Part shown: one piece after another, positions 8,235 through 14,921 of the stretch | Layout of the letters: each line of letters starts with the position of its first letter | Numbering within the stretch: the stretch's first letter is position 1 | NCBI GenBank assembly: GCA_046761065.1 | Contig: JBHIFL010000088.1 | Span: 1-14,921, forward strand | Direction: 5' to 3' | Origin: Candidatus Heimdallarchaeota archaeon | GTDB taxonomy: Archaea; Asgardarchaeota; Wukongarchaeia; Wukongarchaeales; JBHIFL01 | DNA: 14,921 nt | The notes under the pieces: generated by a model | What the model was told of the DNA's origin: nothing | The model's input: only the letters and a program-made list of their open reading frames with translations | Database searches by the model: none | Made by a program: the position numbers and the translations under genes

Positions 8235-8259
8235 GTAAATACATCTTGGAGGATTAAGC

Positions 8260-9024
8260 TTGGATAGAGTGAGTCCCTTATCAAATACCGAACAAGACTT
8301 TGCCATAAGGACAGAGCACCTCACTAAAAAATTCAACGGATTGATGGCAGTTTTTGACCTCAACTTAGCAATACCCGCTGGGATCGTCTATGGGCTGCTG
8401 GGTCCTAACGCCTCTGGGAAAACCACAACCATCCGGATGTTGATCGGGCGCCTAAAACCCACTACTGGAACAATTAAGATTTTTGGCAAACCAATACCGG
8501 CTCAGCTTAAGAGTTTGTCCACTGATTTTGGCTATATGCCTCAGGCGCGTGCGATTTACTACGATTTGAGTGGGCGTGAGAATTTGGTCTACTTTGGAAC
8601 GCTGTATGGGTTGGCCAAGGCGGAAATCGAGAATCGAATTGAAGAGTTAACCGAAATTATGGACTTAGAACCCCATTTGGGGAAGGTGACGCGTTATCTA
8701 AGTGGAGGAACTCAACAACGCCTCAGCCTCGCGTGTACCCTGATGCACCAACCACGCCTGCTATTTCTTGACGAACCTACAATCGGGATTGACCCTGAGC
8801 TTCGATACAAATTCTGGGGATGGTTTAAGGAGATGGCGAAGACGCTGGGCACCACTTTAATCGTGACTACCCATTATTGTGCGGAGGCAGAAAATTGCGA
8901 TGTTGTCGGCTTGCTGCGGGAGGGCAGCCTGATTGTCGAGGATACCCCTAGCGCGCTCAAGGAGGAGTTTAATGTAGAGACTCTGGAAGAGGTCTTCATT
9001 AAGGTAGCACAAGGGGTGTCTTAA
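8260..9024 (+). CDS. ABC-2 type (multidrug/DrrA-like) exporter ATP-binding protein
   Basis: Walker A GPNASGKTT, Q-loop GYMPQ, signature LSGGTQQR, Walker B LLFLDEP, H-loop TTH. TTG start with GGAGG RBS. Confidence 0.95.
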   Translation: MDRVSPLSNTEQDFAIRTEHLTKKFNGLMAVFDLNLAIPAGIVYGLLGPNASGKTTTIRMLIGRLKPTTGTIKIFGKPIPAQLKSLSTDFGYMPQARAIYYDLSGRENLVYFGTLYGLAKAEIENRIEELTEIMDLEPHLGKVTRYLSGGTQQRLSLACTLMHQPRLLFLDEPTIGIDPELRYKFWGWFKEMAKTLGTTLIVTTHYCAEAENCDVVGLLREGSLIVEDTPSALKEEFNVETLEEVFIKVAQGVS

Positions 9025-10208
9025 TGAGCAAAAGACTGAACCGAATTATAGGGACAGCAAAGCGAATCTTGGAACAGTTGACGCGGGATCGTCGAACAAT
9101 TGGCCTATTAGTCGTCGCACCGGCATTGGTCATCTTCATTTATGGCAATGCCTTTGCTGGAAATGTGGAGCATGTAAAAACAGGTTACATCAATGCAGAT
9201 CAGGGGATAGTCACAGGGAGGATCTTTACAGTTAAAATGGGTGATGTCATCATTCAAAAGCTAGATGATGACAAGACCTTTGATCTTACGGATGAAACGC
9301 CCAAGCAGAGCCATCCCGTCGCTAGTGTTCAAAGGGAGCTTGATCTGGTAAGGGCCCGTCAGGCAGTAGAAGACTTGGAGTATTCTGTATTCATCTATAT
9401 TGGAGCGAATTTCTCGGAATCAATCCGGTCAATAATGGAAGACAAAACGAACCTCTCTGCCCCGTTTACCGAGTTTGTCATTTTTGTGGATGGGAGCAAT
9501 CCGCAGATTTCGGCGGCGATTCTATCCGCATTTCGAGAGGTGATGCAAGAAATTGGGTGGGATATTGAGGGACTAATCCAAATAGACTATGTATACGGTG
9601 GCGAGGAATTGGAATATATCGATTTTATGGCTCCCGCCCTCATCGCCTTCTTTACAATGTTCTTCCAATTAATCCTGAGTGTTGTGACTATCGTAAGAGA
9701 ACGCCAGAATGGGACCTTGGAACGCCTCTTAGCGACCCCCTGTGAGAAGGTCGACCTCATTTTGGGGTACATCCTCGGCTTTCTCGTTATCGCGATTGCC
9801 CAAGTAACAATTATTCTGCTAGAATCGGTCGTTTTATTTGACATTGTTATTATAGGTGACATTTGGCTCGTTTACGCGGTAGTTTTCTTATTTGCCATTT
9901 GTTCCCTATGTATAGGAATAATGGCTTCGGGTATCGTGACCACCGAATTCCAAGCCATTCAACTCTTTCCAATTGTAATATTACCAAGTTTCTTGCTAAG
10001 TGGGCTTTTTTGGCCGGTAGAGGCCATCCCAAGCCTTTTCCGCCCCCTCTCTTATATAATCCCTCTCACATATGCCACACGGGCAAATCGGTCGATCATG
10101 TTGCGAGGGTTAGGAATTTCAGCGGTCTGGCTCGATATAAGCGCTTTAATGCTTTTTGTATTGATTTCTATCGTTCTTGCGGTCTTAACATTCAAAGAAG
10201 AAGTATAA
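9024..10208 (+). CDS. ABC-2 type exporter permease with extracytoplasmic domain
   Basis: RDRRT before TM1, a large loop, IVRERQNGTLERLLATP, LSGLFWPVEAIP and YIIPLTY. TAATG overlap with the ATPase stop. Confidence 0.93.
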   Translation: MSKRLNRIIGTAKRILEQLTRDRRTIGLLVVAPALVIFIYGNAFAGNVEHVKTGYINADQGIVTGRIFTVKMGDVIIQKLDDDKTFDLTDETPKQSHPVASVQRELDLVRARQAVEDLEYSVFIYIGANFSESIRSIMEDKTNLSAPFTEFVIFVDGSNPQISAAILSAFREVMQEIGWDIEGLIQIDYVYGGEELEYIDFMAPALIAFFTMFFQLILSVVTIVRERQNGTLERLLATPCEKVDLILGYILGFLVIAIAQVTIILLESVVLFDIVIIGDIWLVYAVVFLFAICSLCIGIMASGIVTTEFQAIQLFPIVILPSFLLSGLFWPVEAIPSLFRPLSYIIPLTYATRANRSIMLRGLGISAVWLDISALMLFVLISIVLAVLTFKEEV

Positions 10209-10646
10209 TGGCTGTTTCATTAGTGGTGAGGGATTTTTCTATATCCTGATCATTCAGTCTTCATATTGATAAACTGACTCAAGTCTCCCCTTATGGAAGA
10301 AGTACTAACGTGATAATCATAAGCCCAATTTAACTTTCATTAAATATCTGTGCTTATGCTAATTCATTCAATATTCTTTCTTTACTAACTCATTACTCTA
10401 TAATATTAGCTCATCAATCTGACCAGTCTGAACAGCAGGCAAAGTTCATATATTCCAGTGAAGAAATTTTATAAAAGTACCAATACACCTGATTGAAACA
10501 CCAAATTAATATGAATTACAAAAGCGAATTTAAAGGAAATACTGGTACAAAACCTTGAACGAAAATAAGAGCTCCTTTCGGAGAATGGTCCCATTTCACC
10601 GAGTATGTATCATGCAATTAAACGCCCGATTCATTTTTTCCTTCCC

Positions 10647-11249
10647 CTACTCCTGAGGGACGCCAAGGAAACATTGAATCGCCTCGCATAGGAGCCTTCC
10701 AACAACGCGATATCCCATTACGCTTAAATGGATGCCGTCACCACAATCATAGTGCGGAGATAGGTTGCCATTTTCTTCTAACACCGAATACGTGTCAACT
10801 ACATAGTAAAGTTCCCCTGAATTGGTTGTTAGCATAGTATTTACTTGGCGCACCACGTCGCCCCAGCCCAATGGCATGGGAGGAAGCGTAAGAACTAAGA
10901 TTTTCAGCCGAAATTCTTGTGAAATACGGACCCCTTTCTTGATATTCTCAAAAATCTCAACGGAACCATATCCGAGTGCAATGTCGTTTGCACCAGCCCA
11001 AAATATAATCGAATTATACTCGACCTGGGAACGATCAAGTTCCCGACGAAGTCGAGTTACTATCTCGTGTGACGTTTGCCCACAGACCCCCCGATTAGAC
11101 AGAACCAGACAGAGATCGGGAACCACTGCCTGACAGTTTTTTTGCAACCAGTATTGATAGGAACTTCTTGGGTTGCCTCCAAAAACAGGATCGAACAGAG
11201 GGAAGCCCGCCGTATGGGAATCACCGATACAAAGTACCCTGTAGATCAT
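10647..11249 (-). CDS. SGNH/GDSL hydrolase
   Basis: Block I GDSHTAG, block II NRGVCG, block III WAGAND, block V DGIHLS. Start is ATG 11249 (MIYRVLCIGDS) or 11282. Confidence 0.9.
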   Translation of the reverse strand: MIYRVLCIGDSHTAGFPLFDPVFGGNPRSSYQYWLQKNCQAVVPDLCLVLSNRGVCGQTSHEIVTRLRRELDRSQVEYNSIIFWAGANDIALGYGSVEIFENIKKGVRISQEFRLKILVLTLPPMPLGWGDVVRQVNTMLTTNSGELYYVVDTYSVLEENGNLSPHYDCGDGIHLSVMGYRVVGRLLCEAIQCFLGVPQE

Positions 11250-11378
11250 AACGAATCCCAAAATCTCGATTAATGTGACCATACCGTATATATGTAGACA
11301 AGTAGATTAAGGTAACAAATTTCTTATGGGATGAGATTCTTCTTCGCTAAATGTACTATCAAACTTCAAGGGATCAAA

Positions 11379-11930
11379 ATGGATGCGAATCGCTTTAAAC
11401 AAGGCTTTACATGGGATGAGTATTTGAAACACTTAGAAGAAAACTTGGAAGAGCTGAAGAAAGAAGATGAGAAAGCTGAAGAATATGTTCAAGCATTTCA
11501 TGAGCGATTTAAACGGGTACTGATGTCAGAGGAGGACATCAAATTCATAGCCGGTATCCATTCGAAAGTCAACGTAGTAGCGCTGGCAGAATACTGGTGC
11601 TCAGATGCACAGGCCAATTTAGCTGTAATGGCACGAATTGCGGAACTGAACCCAAATATTGAACTCCGGATCTTCCCACGCGATGCGAACTTGGATTTAA
11701 TGAATCAATATCTATTCCGTGGGAAAAGCATGTCGATCCCTGCGTTTGGGTTCTTTGATGAGAATTTTCAAGAGTTTGGAAGATGGTTAGGCGGAAAACC
11801 CAAGGTCATGTGGGATCTCATTGATGAAATCGGAGTGGACGCCGCCAAGCCAAAAGTCAAAGAATTCAATATCAAAAATAGGGGACAAGAAACCTTCAAA
11901 GAATTCATCGAGATCTTACGCTCAGTGTAG
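11379..11930 (+). CDS. Thioredoxin-like protein (Thioredoxin_9 type) with monothiol WCSDA site
   Basis: FKQGFTWDEYL start, VVALAEYWCSDA, LRIFPRDANLDLMNQYL, SIP cis-Pro loop, GRW. Probable start ATG 11379 (the ORF track gives 11331). Confidence 0.85.
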   Translation: MDANRFKQGFTWDEYLKHLEENLEELKKEDEKAEEYVQAFHERFKRVLMSEEDIKFIAGIHSKVNVVALAEYWCSDAQANLAVMARIAELNPNIELRIFPRDANLDLMNQYLFRGKSMSIPAFGFFDENFQEFGRWLGGKPKVMWDLIDEIGVDAAKPKVKEFNIKNRGQETFKEFIEILRSV

Positions 11931-11965
11931 AAAGAGTTCATGGAAAAAGGATTTCTCAGGCTTTT

Positions 11966-12627
11966 TCATTGTGAAAAACCCTTTATACCCTCTTCTAACT
12001 GAACACCCAGAGTATTACACGTCATTGAAACCATTTGATATTGTCCGATAGTTAAGATCAGATCCAATAGTTGATTGGTGTTATATCGTTCTTTCAGAGC
12101 GTTCTAAGTTTTGTCGCTAATAAAGGCGCCAGTATATAGCTCATCAACCGACCGAAGCAATGTAGCATCAAAAGGACCCCAGCTCTGAGCATCTGGGCCT
12201 TCCAAGATACGATGGATTTCGTCATCTAAGAGCAACTTGCTGTGTTGAACGAATTGTACTGTTGACCCCACGCATAATCTGAATAGCAGAGCCATGCAAT
12301 ATGAAGGATCAGGATCTCTCGATCCCGTGCGGGTAATGAAGAATTGGAAAAAATATGATTCGCAAATATATTAAGAGAAATTGCTAAATCCCTATACCTT
12401 ACTTAGGTAGCCCAAACATTGCGAACTGGTCCTCCACTACTCTGTTTTTCCTCTTCGAAGAATAGTTGAACCAATTTGTCCCATTCTGATTTATCCAGGA
12501 ATCTTGCCATTTCTTGTTCAAGTTCAGCTCCTTCCAAAGGTTTGATCCGGGGCTTCGAAAGCCGCATAGGCTTTTGTTTATCGATTTTTCGCATTCGCAT
12601 TAATTCGTCTTTAGCGTATCCATTCAT
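11966..12627 (-). pseudogene. Carboxymuconolactone decarboxylase/AhpD-like family pseudogene
   Basis: Reconstructed: ...KPRIKPLE...GGPVRNVWAT*VRYRDLAISLNIFANHIFSNSSLPARDREILILHIAWLCYSDYAWGQ [frameshift at about 12230-12260] LDDEIHRILEGPDAQSWGPFDATLLRSVDELYTGAFISDKT*NALKERYNTNQLLDLILTIGQYQMVSMTCNTLGVQLEEGIKGFSQ*. TAA at 12403-12405, TAG at 12104-12106, final TGA at 11966-11968. The start may be 12567. Confidence 0.85.
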
Positions 12628-12678
12628 TGGTTAATTCCCCCATATGAATGTAGGATGGCTCCTTTATCGAAAGAACCC

Positions 12679-13806
12679 TTAACCATTGGGTTCGGGGTCC
12701 CTGATCAGCGATCCTGCCGCACAATGGATAGTGCCACTATTTCTAGGACGTACCAGAGTAGGAATGTCCACCTCGACAACCTCTACACCTATACTCTCAA
12801 GCCACTTCGTGGCCTTTGGAGCCCCAGCCGCCACCAAGACCTTCATTGGCTTAAGGACGACCCCTGTATCTGGACCTTCAATTCTTCCTCGATCATTCTT
12901 TTGACATAGATCAGAAGGAGGGACGATGAAATTCCAGTCCATCTCTGCTTTTAACCAGTTTAGAAGATAGGGATCTAGCCATTTGGGATTACAGACCGAA
13001 GTGTGTCGATCAATCATCGAGTAATGCGTCATATATGGGCAAGCCCCGTATCCGGGGAGGATCCGAACATCAACTTCTGGATCCTGCATCTTGACTATCC
13101 TCGTGAACTGCTCGTGACCCCATTCATTCGCCCGCCACACGTCAGGTTGACTTGTGTTCGCACGAGGATAGTGTACCGCGACCTGTACATGTTTCTCGTC
13201 TAACCAGCCGATACTCCCGCCTTCAGCCATGCCGTTTCCTATAATCATCCCAACTACAGGGCATCCAACCTCCGCAAGTGTCTGATAGGTAGGAACCTCC
13301 TCGCCCTTGCGAATGTGGTCATACATTCGCAGTATGACCTGGCCATAGACCACAGGATGGCATACATCATCTGTGTAGATCGCCTTCACTTGGTAGGGGG
13401 GATCGTTCGGATCGGGCTTCCGCTCAATGACCTTTACCCCTTCGTCCTTATACACTTGTTTAAGGTTCTCGTAATCCCTGGTCAGCTCAACTAAGTCGGT
13501 AGGTTTCCAAGACATCCTCCACGCCACTAGCGAGTTGTCATGAGGAGGCCACGGCGTGGGCTTCCCGACGCTTAGAAACTCTTTACCAGGGCGATGAAGC
13601 AGAACCAATCGAAGTTTTCCGATAGTCGTGTTAGCCTTCCACGTACGTCCCCAAAATGTTGGCATTTCATCTTCAAAGTTTGAGAGCACCTGGGGGTGGT
13701 GTTTTATGTATTGTTCATGGAGACTTAGCTCCGTGTTTTCCTTAAAAGGGTCTTTTTGTTCGTATCTAATCATGTGAAACTCTCCTAACCTCTCTTTATA
13801 ACTCAT
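12679..13806 (-). CDS. Pentein superfamily (amidinotransferase / arginine deiminase / DDAH fold) enzyme, divergent
   Basis: IGKLRLVLLHRPGKEF, YKDEGVKV, AIYTDD (FTRD-equivalent), RKGEE, AEGGS (EGGD-equivalent), RANEWG, IGVEVVEVDIPTL and SGTIHCAAGSLIRD (catalytic Cys motif). Confidence 0.85.
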   Translation of the reverse strand: MSYKERLGEFHMIRYEQKDPFKENTELSLHEQYIKHHPQVLSNFEDEMPTFWGRTWKANTTIGKLRLVLLHRPGKEFLSVGKPTPWPPHDNSLVAWRMSWKPTDLVELTRDYENLKQVYKDEGVKVIERKPDPNDPPYQVKAIYTDDVCHPVVYGQVILRMYDHIRKGEEVPTYQTLAEVGCPVVGMIIGNGMAEGGSIGWLDEKHVQVAVHYPRANTSQPDVWRANEWGHEQFTRIVKMQDPEVDVRILPGYGACPYMTHYSMIDRHTSVCNPKWLDPYLLNWLKAEMDWNFIVPPSDLCQKNDRGRIEGPDTGVVLKPMKVLVAAGAPKATKWLESIGVEVVEVDIPTLVRPRNSGTIHCAAGSLIRDPEPNG

Positions 13807-13858
13807 AGATAAACCTAATTTACCTCAATGGGGGACCGATTAAGAATAAAGGAAATCC

Positions 13859-13893
13859 TTTTAATTATTTCCCACCATGTAACACCTAGTGGG
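13859..13893 (+). promoter_or_regulatory. TATA box and inverted-repeat operator of the toxin-antitoxin operon
   Basis: TTTTAATT at 13859-13866 after purine-rich AAGGAAA, then CCCACCA-N9-TAGTGGG (13871-13893, 6 of 7 paired) just before ATG 13899. Confidence 0.55.
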
Positions 13894-13898
13894 GTAAA

Positions 13899-14132
13899 AT
13901 GAGTGCTGAATCTACTATAGATGAAAAAGGACGGATCTGCATCCCAGCCGAGTTGAGAAGAAAATTAAACCTAAAAGCGGGAGAAAAAGTTATTTTTCAG
14001 CTTAATGACAATAGTTTAACGCTTCGAAAGGCGATTAAGGCAGAAGAATTGAGTAAAAAAGTCAATAAGTTTCATAAAACTGTGAAAAAAGCTACTTCAA
14101 AACCGATCATCTTTGAAAAGCTTTTTGAGTGA
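13899..14132 (+). CDS. vapB: AbrB/MazE/SpoVT family DNA-binding antitoxin
   Basis: STIDEKGRICIPAELRRKLNLKAGEKVIF swapped-hairpin motif. 77 aa. GTGA overlap with the PIN gene. Confidence 0.9.
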   Translation: MSAESTIDEKGRICIPAELRRKLNLKAGEKVIFQLNDNSLTLRKAIKAEELSKKVNKFHKTVKKATSKPIIFEKLFE

Positions 14133-14644
14133 ATAGCATGTTGACTATTGACTCCCAAATCTGGATTTATTATTTCGATGCTAATGCAAAAGAAAATGCG
14201 AATGTAGCTAATTGGTTTGAAGGGAAAAACCAAGATGGAATCCTTTTTACAGAAAAAATCGTGCTAAGTTCCATAATACCTATCGAAGTGGCTCATAACC
14301 TCTTTAAAATCTCGCAAATTGATAGAAATGAAATAGAAGACCTCATTATCTCACTTATTTCACTTGATCACTGCCAATTAATAGAAATTAATCAAACATT
14401 GATTTTTGAAGCGCTAAGCGCCTTGAAAAAATACTCCCCAATGGGAATAGGAGGGAGAGACGCATTAATTATAGCGACAATGGAGATCTGTCAAATAAAA
14501 ACCATAGCAACCCATGATAAAAACCTCCTTTCACTTAAAGAATTGAAACGCATAGATCCCATTTTTGACCCGCCAATGGAAATCAATCCGGGGGAAGATT
14601 TTGATTCCGAAAAATTCAAAATAAGGGTTAGAGAGCAATTATAG
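14129..14644 (+). CDS. vapC: PIN-domain ribonuclease toxin, type II TA system
   Basis: Acidic tetrad: LTIDSQIWIY, IEVAH, GGRDALIIA, ATHDKNL. Translationally coupled to the AbrB gene (alternative start ATG 14138). Confidence 0.9.
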   Translation: MNSMLTIDSQIWIYYFDANAKENANVANWFEGKNQDGILFTEKIVLSSIIPIEVAHNLFKISQIDRNEIEDLIISLISLDHCQLIEINQTLIFEALSALKKYSPMGIGGRDALIIATMEICQIKTIATHDKNLLSLKELKRIDPIFDPPMEINPGEDFDSEKFKIRVREQL

Positions 14645-14840
14645 CATTGTAATAGGGAATTGCTTTGATCTTATACGCTATTATTAGATCATAACTCATA
14701 AGAACAAATTTTGAGAAAGAATTCAAGCAAAAAACTCTTTTCAAGGAAAAAAGTCTCTCATAAGCTTGATTATTGCCGTTAGAGCTCAACAATACCCACA
14801 ATGGTTAAAATCTTGGCATATCAAGTCGTTTTAGAGTTTT

Positions 14841-14891
14841 GTAGTTACCAAACGGTAACTACTGTACTTAATAGCTTGTTGCCCAAGCTAT
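14841..14891. repeat. Two tandem perfect inverted repeats
   Basis: GTAGTTACC-AAAC-GGTAACTAC (14841-14862) and ATAGCTTG-TTGCC-CAAGCTAT (14871-14891), separated by TGTACTTA. Confidence 0.85.
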
Positions 14892-14921
14892 CTTCTAGTT
14901 AACCGATTCCAGTTCGATTAC

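Noticed and set aside
10209-10646. 438-bp AT-rich gap between convergent genes as an ncRNA or pseudogene
   Set aside because: Only a 4-bp hairpin (CTCC-TTTC-GGAG, about 10572-10583) was seen. No repeats, tRNA fold or reconstructable protein were found.
598-13203. Numerous antisense or alternate-frame ORFs (e.g. 716..1222, 1929..2417, 2733..3167, 4248..4544, 6121..6453, 7654..7971, 9863..10249, 10822..11133, 12655..12909)
   Set aside because: They are shadows of well-supported genes on the opposite strand or in another frame and have no family motifs.
197-14644. Genome-wide stop-codon reassignment (UGA=Gly/Trp, or UAG=Pyl/Gln) explaining the internal stops
   Set aside because: TAG ends full-length genes at 1411, 3816, 6577, 10647, 11930 and 14644, and TGA ends genes at 1847, 6104, 7247 and 14132 at family-typical positions. 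The CMD gene also has an internal TAA and a frameshift, which recoding cannot explain.
14700-14820. Minus-strand fragment resembling a decayed KILTIVGIV... (flavoprotein-like) N-terminus
   Set aside because: It needs a frameshift and several stops within about 20 codons, so the similarity is too weak to support.
14828-14845. GTTTTAGAG resembling the start of a type II CRISPR repeat or sgRNA scaffold
   Set aside because: Only 9 nt match, there is a single copy with no repeat-spacer periodicity, and there are no cas genes in the window.

Overview
Gene-dense, most likely archaeal window (inference from a TrmB regulator, an archaeal ArsR/DUF1724-type regulator, BRE/TATA-like promoters, GGAGG/GAGGTGA ribosome-binding sites and an AbrB/PIN pair; the lineage cannot be fixed from this sequence). 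It is a patchwork of small, independently oriented units: an M24 (pita-bread) hydrolase, a metal-dependent amidohydrolase, a small Cys-containing protein, a UroD/MtaA-family protein, an ArsR-type regulator divergent from a small membrane protein-flavodoxin-CPBP protease unit, a TrmB regulator divergent from an ABC-2 exporter, an SGNH hydrolase, a thioredoxin-like protein, a CMD/AhpD-family pseudogene, a divergent pentein (amidinotransferase/ADI-fold) enzyme and a VapBC toxin-antitoxin pair. The ORF track hides four disrupted genes: a single in-frame TGA (amidohydrolase), a single in-frame TAG (CPBP), a probable C-terminal frameshift, and a CMD gene with TAA, TAG and a frameshift. Other notable signals are a TACT-N3-AGTA TrmB-type operator in front of an exporter, non-canonical active sites in the M24 and pentein enzymes, several operator-like inverted repeats, and two tandem perfect hairpins at the right end. 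No rRNA, tRNA, CRISPR array or transposase was seen. I cannot demonstrate a new system. The best candidates are the divergent pentein, the regulator/membrane protein/flavodoxin/CPBP module and the TrmB-controlled exporter.
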